A stretch of 64,000 nt of DNA from Actinomycetota bacterium (GCA_050692195.1 JBOGVA010000018.1:19479-83478), one strand, 5' to 3'. Shown: positions 43,783-53,558, numbered from the stretch's first letter. Notes: generated from the letters alone by a model not told the origin. Made by a program: numbers and translations.

Positions 43783-45264
43783 ATGACCCTCGCACGCATC
43801 GGCCGGTTCGAGGTGGAGCGCACGCTGGGGAGCGGCAGCTTCGCCACGGTATGGCTGGCCCGGGACGAGGATCTGGACGCCTGGGTCGCCATCAAGCTGC
43901 TGGCCGAGAACTGGTCGGCCAACGACGACGCGCGGCGCCGTTTCATCGAGGAAGCCCGCTCCCTCCGCCGCCTCGACAACGATCGCATCGTTCGCGTGTA
44001 CGAAGTCGGGCGCCTCCCGGACGACCGGCCATACATGGTCATGGAGTACGCGGACCGCGGCACCCTGGAAGACCGGATGAAGCTCCGGGGTGCTCTGGAC
44101 CAGCCCTTCTCCGTGCGGGAAGCCGTCGAGATCAGCATGGAGATCGCGGCCTGCCTGGCGTCCGTCCACGGCCACCGGATCGTTCATCGGGACGTGAAGC
44201 CGAGCAACGTCCTGTTCCGGAGCTTCTCCCGGGAGCGGCAGGAGGCGATGCGCCGAGACGGTGACACCGTGGCCAGCGAACGGACGCTCCTGGGCGATTT
44301 CGGGATCGCCCGGCGGCTCGAAGGGGTCCTCGGCCAGACGATGGTCGTGGGCTCGCCTCTCTACATGGCTCCCGAGCAGGCGGACCCGGCACGGGCGGGC
44401 CAGGCCGACTATCGGAGCGACGTCTATTCCGGCGCGGCCATCCTCTACGAGCTGCTCGCCGGCGAGCTTCCCTACCGGTTCGATTCGGTGGCCGAGCTTC
44501 AGCGGGGCGACCCGCATTCGCCTCCGGAGATCCGTGGCCTCCGCCTGGACGTGCCCGATGCGCTGGCCGCGGTGGTCCACAGGGGACTGGCGAGGGACCC
44601 GGATGCCAGGTTCGCCTCAGCCTGGGAGTGGCGAGCAGCTCTTCGGGCAGCTCTGCTGGATGGTGCGCCCCGCACCGAGGTTGGATCTCCACCGAGGCAC
44701 GCCCTTGCGGCTTCGCGGCTTGGCGGCCCGAGGCCGCAGACCCTCCCCTCCGTCGCCACGCTGCCCGCCGAGACCCGGAAAGGGACCGACGCCTTCCACG
44801 CGCCCGGCCGCACCGGCCAGAGCATGGCGGGGCCACCGTTCACGGTCGAACCCCCCCGACGAACTGGGCCACCGCCGGTGCGCACGGTAGACGTTCGACT
44901 GCCCGCGGTCTGGACGATGGCTTCGGCGCTCTCCATGTTCGTGGCCGTGACGCTTCGCTGGAGCTCGAACACGCTCGGCGTCGCCTTCCAGGAGAGCGCT
45001 CTGGCCGTGGCCGCCGCTGCGGTCATCTTGTTCCTGGCGGGATGGCGGATGTGGCGCACCCGCAGGAGGTGGGTGGGCGCGGCCGCGTCGACCCTTGCGT
45101 CGACGACCGGCCTCGTTGCGGCCTCGTTCGGCCTGTTCACGATCTTCCGTGTGGTGGGGAGGGACCAGCAAGACCTGGGGCCCGGACCGATGGTGATCGT
45201 GGCTGCGGGCCTCATCGCGTTCGCGGCCGGGTACGTGGCCCTGAAGCGGCTCCGCCTCGACTGA
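43783..45264 (+). CDS. Ser/Thr protein kinase with a polytopic C-terminal membrane domain
   Basis: GSGSFATVWLA, AIKLL, HRDVKPSNVLF, DFGIAR, SPLYMAPE, then about four hydrophobic helices. GGAAGGGGAGG upstream. Confidence 0.92.
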   Translation: MTLARIGRFEVERTLGSGSFATVWLARDEDLDAWVAIKLLAENWSANDDARRRFIEEARSLRRLDNDRIVRVYEVGRLPDDRPYMVMEYADRGTLEDRMKLRGALDQPFSVREAVEISMEIAACLASVHGHRIVHRDVKPSNVLFRSFSRERQEAMRRDGDTVASERTLLGDFGIARRLEGVLGQTMVVGSPLYMAPEQADPARAGQADYRSDVYSGAAILYELLAGELPYRFDSVAELQRGDPHSPPEIRGLRLDVPDALAAVVHRGLARDPDARFASAWEWRAALRAALLDGAPRTEVGSPPRHALAASRLGGPRPQTLPSVATLPAETRKGTDAFHAPGRTGQSMAGPPFTVEPPRRTGPPPVRTVDVRLPAVWTMASALSMFVAVTLRWSSNTLGVAFQESALAVAAAAVILFLAGWRMWRTRRRWVGAAASTLASTTGLVAASFGLFTIFRVVGRDQQDLGPGPMVIVAAGLIAFAAGYVALKRLRLD

Positions 45265-45277
45265 TACGCTTCGACCG

Positions 45278-46465
45278 ATGGACCTTCGAGAGCGAGCGGC
45301 CTTCACGGCCGTGAGCGACGCGTGGATGCTGAGGGGCGGCGGGATCGACATCGTCACCGAGGGCCCGCTCCGCACCGAGGAGATGATCCTCAACATCGGC
45401 CCCCAGCACCCGTCGACCCACGGGGTCCTGCGGGTGGTCTTGGAGCTGGACGGCGAGATGATCATCCGGGCGGAGCCGGTCATCGGCTACATGCACCGGG
45501 CCGCCGAGAAGCTCTCCGAGTGCCGCGACGCTCGCCAGGTGCTGGTGTTGATGAACCGGCACGACTGGCTGTCAGCCTTCAACAACGAGCTGGGCTGGAT
45601 GATCGCCATGGAGCGGATGCTCGGCGTGGAGGTGCCGCAGCGGGCCCAGTGGATCCGGACGATGCTCGCCGAATGGAACCGCCTCCTGAACCATCTGATG
45701 TTCACCGGCTCGTATCCCCTGGAGCTGGGGGCCATGACCCCGATGTTCTACGCGTTCCGGGAGCGGGAGATGATCCAGGGCCTCATGGAGTCGGCCACCG
45801 GCGCCCGGATGCACCACTCCTTCGTGCGGGTGGGCGGGCTCAAGGACGATCTGCCCCGGGGGTTCCTCAAGCACTCTGACGTAGTCCTGAGGTGGGTCCG
45901 CAAGAAGCTCCGGGACTTCGAGAACCTCATCATGGGAAACGAGATCATCCACGTCCGGACCAGAGGCGTGGGGACGCTCGCGCCGGAGGTGGCCTCGGCC
46001 TACGGGTGCTCCGGTCCGGTCCTGCACGCCTCCGGCGTCCCCATGGACCCGCGCAAGGACGAGCCGTACGAGAAATACGCGGAGGTGGAGTTCGACGTCC
46101 CGGTGGGGACCACGGGCGACTGCTACGACCGGCTGTGGGTGCTGGTCCAGCGGATGTGGGAGTCCTGCAAGATCATCGAGCAGTGCATGGACAAGCTCCC
46201 CTCGGGCCAGTACGTCTCGCCGAAGCTCCCGAAGAAGATCAAGGTCCCCGAGGGCGAGATCTACGTGCGCACCGAGAATCCTCTCGGGCTCATGGGGTAC
46301 TACGTCGTGGGTGACGGGAGCGACTATCCGTACCGCCTGAAGATGCGGACGGCCTCGTTCTCCAACGTTGCCATGATCCCGTCCATCCTTCCGGGGACCC
46401 TGGTGCCGGACCTCATCGCCATCCTGGGCAGCGTGTTCTTCGTAGTGGGAGACATCGATCGGTAG
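45278..46465 (+). CDS. nuoD: NADH-quinone oxidoreductase subunit D-like protein (orphan, divergent)
   Basis: 395 aa. Motifs: NIGPQHPSTHGVLR, GYMHRAAEKL, AFREREMI, GARMHHSFVRVGG, ...PYRLKMRTASF..., and GDIDR at the C-terminus. No other nuo gene occurs in the window. It starts 13 nt after the kinase stop. Confidence 0.85.
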   Translation: MDLRERAAFTAVSDAWMLRGGGIDIVTEGPLRTEEMILNIGPQHPSTHGVLRVVLELDGEMIIRAEPVIGYMHRAAEKLSECRDARQVLVLMNRHDWLSAFNNELGWMIAMERMLGVEVPQRAQWIRTMLAEWNRLLNHLMFTGSYPLELGAMTPMFYAFREREMIQGLMESATGARMHHSFVRVGGLKDDLPRGFLKHSDVVLRWVRKKLRDFENLIMGNEIIHVRTRGVGTLAPEVASAYGCSGPVLHASGVPMDPRKDEPYEKYAEVEFDVPVGTTGDCYDRLWVLVQRMWESCKIIEQCMDKLPSGQYVSPKLPKKIKVPEGEIYVRTENPLGLMGYYVVGDGSDYPYRLKMRTASFSNVAMIPSILPGTLVPDLIAILGSVFFVVGDIDR

Positions 46466-46503
46466 ATCCTCGACATGGAGAGGCCCGCGGCCTCGGGGCG
46501 TGA

Positions 46504-47616
46504 CTATGAATCCCGGCGGGCCACAGACATCGGAGCGCGTCCCACGCCCACTCCCAGACACAGCACGAAGAAGTCCCCGAGCCCCCCGCGCCGAAGCAGC
46601 AGATTGGCTCGGGCACGATCCGAGTAGATCCGCAGTGCTTCTACCCCTCGGCGGGCCGAGATGGCCTCCGCCTGCCTCTTTCGGGCCATACGGTCCCAAT
46701 CCCCGAATCCCAGCGCGAGCAGCGCATCACGCTGGCTGACGGGCCCCCATACCGTCAGCCCCCTGTCCCGAGCATGGCGCGCCAACCGGGCGAAGTCCAC
46801 TCCCGAGGTGATGTCCCGGGAGCCGGGGTCGGCCAGCACGTCTTCCTCCAGTCGGTGACGACGGTACCCGTGGACCGAGCGAGGCGAGCTCTCCTGGACG
46901 AACCCGTAGTCCACCACCCAGATGTAGCCCCTGCGGAGGCAAGTAATGGCCTGGTCGAGGAGGGCCAGGGCAGCCGGGCTGACGGGCCGTTCCTCACCGG
47001 GTTGCAGGTCCGGAGCCAGCCGGACGAGATCCTTCGACGAAGGGGGCCCCTCCACCAGGATGAACTCGCTGCCCGCGACACCCACGAACAACTCCACCGG
47101 ACCCTCCTCCGTGCCGCGAAGACGATGGAAGGGGAGGTTGTCCAGGAGCTCGTTGGCCAGGACGCAGCCGACGAGGCCGGAGCCCACCTCAGCCAAGCCT
47201 TCCGCCACTCGAACGTCGGGTGAAGACAGGGCCTTCCTCCCCTCGAGGCTTCGCTCCACCGCGGTGTATTCGAGATCAGACCGAACGGACGGAGAGAGGC
47301 CGGCCAGCACCTCCCGGGCCAGCGCGCCATGACCTGCCCCCAGCTCGACCACCGAGAAGGGGACCGGGCGGTCCAACAGTTCCCAGAACTCCTCCACCTG
47401 CCGGGCCACCAGCGATCCGAACACGGGGGACACGCTCGGGCTGGTGACGAAATCCCCTTCCCCCCCGACGCGAGCTGAGGCATAGAAGCCCTCGGCCTCG
47501 TCGTACAGGGCCGCCTCCATGAAGTCCGCGAACGGAATGGGGCCTTCCGCCTGGATGCGTTGCCTGAGCCGGTCTGTCAGGGACGGTTGATCCGGATGCA
47601 GATGCGCGCTCGCCAT
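46504..47616 (-). CDS. SAM-dependent methyltransferase, DUF185 / MidA (NDUFAF7-like) family
   Basis: ATG 47616, in frame with track ORF 46504..47886. Motifs: IPFADFMEAALYDEAEGFY, DFVTSP, VELGAGHGALA, ANELLDNLPFH, DITSGVDF. Confidence 0.8.
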   Translation of the reverse strand: MASAHLHPDQPSLTDRLRQRIQAEGPIPFADFMEAALYDEAEGFYASARVGGEGDFVTSPSVSPVFGSLVARQVEEFWELLDRPVPFSVVELGAGHGALAREVLAGLSPSVRSDLEYTAVERSLEGRKALSSPDVRVAEGLAEVGSGLVGCVLANELLDNLPFHRLRGTEEGPVELFVGVAGSEFILVEGPPSSKDLVRLAPDLQPGEERPVSPAALALLDQAITCLRRGYIWVVDYGFVQESSPRSVHGYRRHRLEEDVLADPGSRDITSGVDFARLARHARDRGLTVWGPVSQRDALLALGFGDWDRMARKRQAEAISARRGVEALRIYSDRARANLLLRRGGLGDFFVLCLGVGVGRAPMSVARRDS

Positions 47617-47677
47617 ACGAGAGAAGGTTGCCGCTAGAGTTGCCTCTTCGACAACTCGACTCGAGGGGGCGCAGCTC

Positions 47678-48598
47678 ATGGCGCCACACCGGGAACGGGA
47701 TCGGAGGCCGAGCGGCTGGACTTCCATGCCGATCCGCGTGCTTGCCCCGAACCCGGGCCAGTTCACGCTGGAGGGGACGAACACCTGGGTGGTCGGAGCC
47801 GGGCCCGCGCTGGTCATCGACCCCGGGCCCCCGGATCCGGAGCACATCGAGGCCGTCTGGGGACAGGCCGGGTCCATCGAGGCCATCCTGCTGACCCACC
47901 GCCACCCCGATCATGCCGGCGGAGCGCCGCTCCTGGCGCAGAGAAGTAGAGCTCCCGTCCTCGCTTTCCGTCCGGCCCCCGGCGAGAAGCGCATCCGAGA
48001 TGGTCAGGCGGTGGAGGGAGGGGGTGTGCGGGTGCACGGGGCGCACACCCCCGGCCACACACCCGATCACCTTTGCTTTCACGACCGTGAGTCCGGTGCC
48101 CTTTTCACGGGAGACGCGGTGCTGGGGCGGGGCACGAGCGCCATCTGTCCCCCGGAAGGCGACATGGCTGCGTACATGCGCTCGCTCGCGGTGATGAGAA
48201 AGCTCGAGCCCACCGTGATCTATCCAGGTCACGGTCCGGCCGTGTGGTCGGCGGCGCAGAAGATCGAGGAGTACATCGATCATCGAGCTCGCCGGGAGCG
48301 ACAGGTACTGGATGGGCTCGCAGGCGATCCACGCACCCCCGAGGAGCTGGTGGCGGGCATCTATCAGGCGTACCCGCGTGAACTGCATGCTGCGGCGGCC
48401 GGATCCGTCCTTGCCCATCTCGTGAAGCTGGAACGAGAAGGCCTGGTGCACCGGGTGGGATCGCCCGCCGACCGCCGGTACTCGCTCTCTTCTCCTTCCG
48501 CCTGTGCTCGATGCGGCCGCCCGGCCCTCCCTCGGTCGGCACTCTGCGGACGGTGCAGCGTGGCGGCCCTTCAGGAACACCCCGGCCCTGCGCTCTGA
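47678..48598 (+). CDS. MBL-fold hydrolase (LACTB2-like) with a winged-helix domain and C-terminal CxxC...CxxC tail
   Basis: LLTHRHPDHAGG, HTPGHTPDH, GDAVLG, a BLACT_WH-like segment (VLAHLVKLEREGLV) and the tail CARCGRPALPRSALCGRC. Alternative start ATG 47726. Confidence 0.85.
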   Translation: MAPHRERDRRPSGWTSMPIRVLAPNPGQFTLEGTNTWVVGAGPALVIDPGPPDPEHIEAVWGQAGSIEAILLTHRHPDHAGGAPLLAQRSRAPVLAFRPAPGEKRIRDGQAVEGGGVRVHGAHTPGHTPDHLCFHDRESGALFTGDAVLGRGTSAICPPEGDMAAYMRSLAVMRKLEPTVIYPGHGPAVWSAAQKIEEYIDHRARRERQVLDGLAGDPRTPEELVAGIYQAYPRELHAAAAGSVLAHLVKLEREGLVHRVGSPADRRYSLSSPSACARCGRPALPRSALCGRCSVAALQEHPGPAL

Positions 48599-49263
48599 GC
48601 GACCAACCGGTAGAACCTTCCAGTCCTTCTGACCCGTCCTTCGGCGACCAACGCCCGAACCGCCCGGTTCACGCTCTCTCTTGTGGCGCCGACCATGGAG
48701 GCGAGCGCCTCTTGCGTCACAGGGACTTCGATGCGCGTGTCGCATCCAACCGGCTGCTCCGAGACGCCGGCGAGGTCCTGGAGCGCGCCGAGCACCCGCT
48801 CCCGGACGGTCTGGGTCAGCGTCCGGGCGAGCCGGCGCTGGAGAAGCTCGACGCCGCCGGCCAGGGAAACGGCGAGCCACCGTGCGAGCTCCGGTTGAGA
48901 GCTGAGCGCTGGGGACAGGTACGAGAGCGGCACGGACAGGATGCGGGAGGAAACCAGCGCTCGGATCTCGGGGCGCAGGCGTTGCGCCCCGGACGGGGGT
49001 CCCGGGAGCAGCGCCTCCTGGCCGAAGACCTCGCCCGGGGGGAGGCACGCCAGGATGGCCCTGCGACCGGAGGGGGACACCGACGAGACGCTCACGGCGC
49101 CCGTTTCGACCAGGTGGAGCGCCTGTGAGGCCTCGCCTTGGCGGATCAGCACCTGTCCGGCGGAGACACTTCGGGACGTCGCGGCGGGAATGAGACGCAG
49201 GCGGGCATGGCGAAGCAGGGGATCGAAGAGGGGGAGAGGCCTTGGGCTGCCGGCATGAGCCAT
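48571..49263 (-). CDS. Crp/Fnr family transcriptional regulator
   Basis: ATG 49263 after GGGAGG (7-nt spacer). It has a cNMP-binding-like barrel and the C-terminal HTH TQEALASMVGATRESVNRAVRALVAEG. Confidence 0.85.
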   Translation of the reverse strand: MAHAGSPRPLPLFDPLLRHARLRLIPAATSRSVSAGQVLIRQGEASQALHLVETGAVSVSSVSPSGRRAILACLPPGEVFGQEALLPGPPSGAQRLRPEIRALVSSRILSVPLSYLSPALSSQPELARWLAVSLAGGVELLQRRLARTLTQTVRERVLGALQDLAGVSEQPVGCDTRIEVPVTQEALASMVGATRESVNRAVRALVAEGRVRRTGRFYRLVAQSAGPGCS

Positions 49264-49387
49264 CCGAGAGCCTCCCTCTGCTCGAAGTGTAGTGCCTGCC
49301 GCCGACATCCTCGGTTTGGCAGTCGCTGCTAGGCTCGATGCGTCGCGGGATGCCCGTTTGCACACGACGGGAGCAGGGACCTACCGG

Positions 49388-50233
49388 ATGACGTCGGATC
49401 GCGCCAGCGCGTACCGGAGCGAGGACAGCCCGGGCCGGGAGCCTGAGTGGCCGGCCGATCCGGCGCCCGTGCTTGGAGCGGTCCGAGAGGACATCCGGCA
49501 GACGCTGCGCACCGGCTGGATCGATCCCGCCCTTGAGGCAGCCGAGGCCTTCCCCGTCTTCTTCACGGCGGCGTGGTCCGCCATCCGCCCAAACGTCGGC
49601 AAGAGCTTCCTCCTCCTGGCCAGCCGGCTTCGCGCACAGGCCGTCTCTTCGATCCGGGCGGCGACGGAGCCTCCCGACCTGAGGAAACGGTTCGAACGGG
49701 ACCTCGCCGAAGGGGAGTTGCGACGGGTCGAGGAGTGCGTTCGAGCTGCCCACCTGGCCAGCGCAAAGGTCCAGATCGTGGTCCACGCGTTCTACCGAGC
49801 CGTTCGTGGGGACCGGATCCCCGGGACCGGGAGGGAGGAGGCCCCCATCCGCCGGGGGATACCGGAATGGCAGCGCTGGATGTCTTCTCAGCTCACGCCC
49901 GACGGTAACGGCCGGACCCCCCTTCGGCTGCTGGCCCGCTGGCCGAACGTCATGGCGTCCGTGCGGAACGAGCTCGAGCCCCTGTGGGACAGCGATAAGC
50001 TCAAGGGCGGTGCGATCCGCCTGCGACGGCTCTTGCTGGCGGGAGTCTCTTCGCTGCCGCATCCCGTCGAGCTGCAGTGGGTCGCCCTGAAGGCTCGGGG
50101 GTTCTCCGACGACCACCGCGTGCGGCTCTCGGACGTGCTTCGGGCTCACGACGCGTCGATGGCCACGCAAACGCTCACGGCTGCGTTCGCCTGGACGGCG
50201 TTCGGTGCTCCCGAGATCGGCGCGCAAGGGTAG
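49388..50233 (+). CDS. hypothetical protein (weak resemblance to the DehI-like family)
   Basis: ATG 49388, in frame with track ORF 49292..50233. VREDIRQTLRTGWIDPALEAAEAFPVFFTAAWSAIRPNV recalls the N-terminal pattern of DehI-family proteins. This is from memory only. Confidence 0.45.
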   Translation: MTSDRASAYRSEDSPGREPEWPADPAPVLGAVREDIRQTLRTGWIDPALEAAEAFPVFFTAAWSAIRPNVGKSFLLLASRLRAQAVSSIRAATEPPDLRKRFERDLAEGELRRVEECVRAAHLASAKVQIVVHAFYRAVRGDRIPGTGREEAPIRRGIPEWQRWMSSQLTPDGNGRTPLRLLARWPNVMASVRNELEPLWDSDKLKGGAIRLRRLLLAGVSSLPHPVELQWVALKARGFSDDHRVRLSDVLRAHDASMATQTLTAAFAWTAFGAPEIGAQG

Positions 50234-50240
50234 CGCGGGC

Positions 50241-50618
50241 GTGCGCGCAGAGTTCTATCGCCCCGACGCTCCCGAGCAGATCGTTGGGCGGGCGGTCTGG
50301 ACCGGCTCCGGCGTGGAGCTTCCCGCCGAAGAAGGCGCGATCGCGGAAGCGTTGGCGCGCATCTTCCGTCGAACGCCCGTCGCCGTCGATGATCCCGCGC
50401 TGCGGACGGCCGGGACCCTCGGTGCAGTCGTCCTTCAGCCCGGAGGCCTTCTGTGGTTCATCCACGCCGCCCGCTCCAGGTCCGGGGCCGAGGGCCTCGC
50501 CGTAAGGCTGGTGCCCGAAGCTGCTGGTGGCACCGGGTGGGATCCAGCCGCGGCCTACCGCACGTTCACGGAGGCGATCGACAGGACGGAGCGGCTCGGC
50601 GGTGCCGTGGGTTCGTAG
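50241..50618 (+). CDS. hypothetical protein (125 aa)
   Basis: GTG 50241 lies 8 nt after the upstream stop, in frame with track ORF 50205..50618. No recognisable motif. Confidence 0.45.
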   Translation: MRAEFYRPDAPEQIVGRAVWTGSGVELPAEEGAIAEALARIFRRTPVAVDDPALRTAGTLGAVVLQPGGLLWFIHAARSRSGAEGLAVRLVPEAAGGTGWDPAAAYRTFTEAIDRTERLGGAVGS

Positions 50619-50645
50619 AGGATCCGCTCGCTCCGCCATCTCGGG

Positions 50646-53558
50646 GTGTCGTACACGCGGCGTAGCATGCGGATGATGACGCTTCACGCATTCGACCCCG
50701 ATCCCCAGCAGTGCCGGGTCCTCGACCTGGAGCGAGGAGCGCTCCTGGTCACGGGCGGGCCCGGAACGGGCAAGAGCGCGGTGCTGCGCGAGCGGTTCGC
50801 GCGGCTGGTCGATCGGGGAGCCGATCCCGAGCGCGTGGCGCTCGTGGTGCGGACGAAGGCGGCCAGGCAGGCAGCGCGGCGAGCACTGCTGGGGCGGCTG
50901 TCACGCTCGCTGCCCGGGGTGAAGGTGTTGACGGTCCACGGGCTGGCCCATCACGTCATGGCTCGCCGGTTCGAGGCGCTCGACTATGGCAGGCCACCCG
51001 AGGTGCTCACGGCGCTGGACCAGTTCTCGAAGGTATCGGAGCTGCTCCGGGGAGAGGAACCAGGAGACTGGCCGTCGTACGGCGCCATGCTCTCCTTGCG
51101 CGGGTTCGCGGACGAGGTGCGCCAGTTCGTCCTTCGGGCCCAGGAGGCCCTGCTGACCCCGGAGGAGATCCGTACGAAGGCCGAGGCCGCCGGCCTGAGC
51201 CGTTGGCGTGAGCTGGGCAACTTCTACCGGCGCTACTTCCAAGTCCTGGGCGATGAGGGCTTGGTGGATTTTGCCGGGCTGGTCAACCAGGCGGCGGTCG
51301 CCTCCCGCGATGGGGACCGCCTCTTCGACCATCTGCTGGTGGACGACTATCAGGAGGCGACCTTCGCTGAAGAGGCGCTCGTGGTGAACCAGGAGCCCCA
51401 GACTCTGGTGGTGGCAGGAGATGCGGGCTCGCACATCTTCTCCTTCCAAGGCGCCACCGATGCGCCGCTGAAACGGTTCACCCGGCTCGTCGCGGCGGCC
51501 GGTCACGTCGAGCTGGTGACGCCGCACCGCGGACGGGCCGGCTTTCGGGCCTGGTCGGCTCGCCATACGTCCGAGGAGTACGCCGCGGCAGCCCGCGAGC
51601 TTCGGCGGGTCCATGTGGAGGACGGCGTGCCGTGGCACGAGATGGCTGTGGTGGTCCGCCGGCAGGGGAGCCACGTGGGAGGACTGATCAGGGCCCTGGA
51701 CGACGCCATGGTCCCCAGATCGCGGTCGGAGGGTGGGCTTTCCCTGACGGCGGAGCCGGCGACCACGCCCTTCCTCCTGGCCCTCCGCTGGCTTGCCCGT
51801 CCCGATGAGCGCGATGGGCTCGTCGAGTCGCTGCTCACCTCCGAGCTCGCCGGGCTGTCGCCGGCTGCGGCACGGGGGTTGGTGCGGTCGGCGCAGGCGT
51901 CGGGGGGCCGGCCGGCTGAGGCCCTGAGTCGTGCGAACGGCCTCGGACCCGATGAGGTTCACGCCGTCGATGAATTGCGAGAGGCTCTGCGTCTGGCCGA
52001 GCGCGTGGCCGACCGATCGGGCCTGGACGCGTTCGCGATCCTGTGGCGCCGGCTGCCCTGGCCTCGCCGGCTGGTGCAGGCGGCGGACGAGTCGGCCGAG
52101 GGGCAGAGGGATCTCGACGCCGTCCTGGCGTTCTCCGAGGCCCTCGCCCGGGTCTCCGAGAGGGGCGATGCCACCGCGGCGGCCTTCGTCGAGCTCTTGG
52201 AGGCCGGCGACCCAGAACTGGGGCTCGCCATGGCGCCGGAAGAGGCCGTCGACGGCGTGAGGGTGCTCACCGCTCACGGCACGGCCGGCCTGGAGTTCGA
52301 CACGGTCGTGGTGGTGGGGGCGGTCGAGGGCGACTTCCCCAGCTTGGCCAGGCCGGAGCCGATGTTCGACCTGAGCCTGCTGGAGGCTCGAACCTCGCAA
52401 TCGGAACGGAACCGGCAGCGACTGGAGGACGAGCGCCGGCTCTTCAGGGTCGTGGCGGGGACGGGACGGCGCCGCGTGCTGTTCACCGCCGGCGATCCGC
52501 ACGCCGAGGATGCCAAGCACGCCGCGCCGTCCCGATTCGTCGCCGAGCTCGGCGTGGCATGGGAGCCGGCACCGGCGGGACGCGATGCGCACGCCGTATC
52601 CGTGGCCGAGGCCGCGGCGACGTGGCGTCGTGCGCTGTCGGACGTCCGGGAACCTCCTCCCATTCGGCTGGCTGCGCTCGATGCCCTGCTGGCTCTTCAG
52701 GACCGCCCGGGACGATGGTGGTTTCAGCGGGAGTGGACGGGCCCCCTCGAGCCACTGCACGAGGAGGTCCGGGTCTCCTACTCCAGGCTGGACACCTTGG
52801 AGAACTGCGCCCTCCAGTTCGTGCTGGCCGAGGAGCTCGGGCTGGAGGGCCGGGCCGGCTATTACGCGTGGGTGGGGCACCTGGTCCACAGGATCATCGA
52901 AGACTGCGAATCGGGCCTGATCCCCCGGACCCAGGAGGCCCTGTTGGAGGCCGCCGAGCGGCGTTGGCGCCCTCAGGAGTTCCCATCCTTCGCGGTCTCC
53001 GAGGCCTTCCGCCGAACCGTGACCGAGAGGATGCTCCCCTCCTGGCTGGCCACGTACGGCCAGACCGAGGCGCTGGCCCGGGAGCTTCGCTTCTCGTTCG
53101 AGTTCGAGGGAGCCACGGTCAGCGGCTACATCGACCGGGTCGGTCCGGTGCAGTCCGGCGGCAGCCAGATCACCGACTACAAGACGGGCAAGGCGAAGAA
53201 CCCCAAGCCCGACGACAATCTCCAGCTCGGTATCTATTTCCTGGCCGTCCAAAGGGCGGAGGAGCTTCAGAGGTTCAGGCCGGTCAAGGCCGTCGAGCTG
53301 GCCTACCTGAAGGAGACCAGAGACGGAGGCGTGGTCCGAGCCCAGCTCGGCCTGCATTCGGCGGCCCAGCGAGAGTACGAGCAGAGGATGGCCGAGCGGC
53401 TCTCCGGGTTGATCGATCGGATCCGGGAGCTGAACCGCATCGAGATGTACCGGCCCAACCCTGCGGCGAACTGCCGGTACTGCGACTTCAAGACCCTCTG
53501 CCCACTCTGGCCCGAAGGCAAGGAACTCTTCCCCGTGGGCGGGGGGACATCGTCGTGA
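50646..53558 (+). CDS. adnA: AdnA-like helicase-nuclease subunit (UvrD-like motor plus RecB-type nuclease)
   Basis: GGPGTGKS Walker A, VDDYQE, a C-terminal nuclease GYIDRV...ITDYKTGK, and the Cys motif CRYCDFKTLC. The start may be ATG 50667. Confidence 0.85.
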   Translation: MSYTRRSMRMMTLHAFDPDPQQCRVLDLERGALLVTGGPGTGKSAVLRERFARLVDRGADPERVALVVRTKAARQAARRALLGRLSRSLPGVKVLTVHGLAHHVMARRFEALDYGRPPEVLTALDQFSKVSELLRGEEPGDWPSYGAMLSLRGFADEVRQFVLRAQEALLTPEEIRTKAEAAGLSRWRELGNFYRRYFQVLGDEGLVDFAGLVNQAAVASRDGDRLFDHLLVDDYQEATFAEEALVVNQEPQTLVVAGDAGSHIFSFQGATDAPLKRFTRLVAAAGHVELVTPHRGRAGFRAWSARHTSEEYAAAARELRRVHVEDGVPWHEMAVVVRRQGSHVGGLIRALDDAMVPRSRSEGGLSLTAEPATTPFLLALRWLARPDERDGLVESLLTSELAGLSPAAARGLVRSAQASGGRPAEALSRANGLGPDEVHAVDELREALRLAERVADRSGLDAFAILWRRLPWPRRLVQAADESAEGQRDLDAVLAFSEALARVSERGDATAAAFVELLEAGDPELGLAMAPEEAVDGVRVLTAHGTAGLEFDTVVVVGAVEGDFPSLARPEPMFDLSLLEARTSQSERNRQRLEDERRLFRVVAGTGRRRVLFTAGDPHAEDAKHAAPSRFVAELGVAWEPAPAGRDAHAVSVAEAAATWRRALSDVREPPPIRLAALDALLALQDRPGRWWFQREWTGPLEPLHEEVRVSYSRLDTLENCALQFVLAEELGLEGRAGYYAWVGHLVHRIIEDCESGLIPRTQEALLEAAERRWRPQEFPSFAVSEAFRRTVTERMLPSWLATYGQTEALARELRFSFEFEGATVSGYIDRVGPVQSGGSQITDYKTGKAKNPKPDDNLQLGIYFLAVQRAEELQRFRPVKAVELAYLKETRDGGVVRAQLGLHSAAQREYEQRMAERLSGLIDRIRELNRIEMYRPNPAANCRYCDFKTLCPLWPEGKELFPVGGGTSS

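Noticed and set aside
42231-44138. 635-aa minus-strand ORF overlapping selA and the kinase start.
   Set aside because: It is an alternative frame of selA and is low-complexity. The selA frame carries the PLP-Lys motif.
47276-50227. 983-aa minus-strand ORF spanning four genes.
   Set aside because: It cuts across the MidA, MBL, Crp and unknown genes in alternative or antisense frames, and its composition is Arg/Gly/Pro-rich.
52043-53554. First 504 codons of the 1597-aa ORF 52043..56836.
   Set aside because: It overlaps adnA out of frame and is low-complexity. The real adnB begins at the GTGA junction at 53555.
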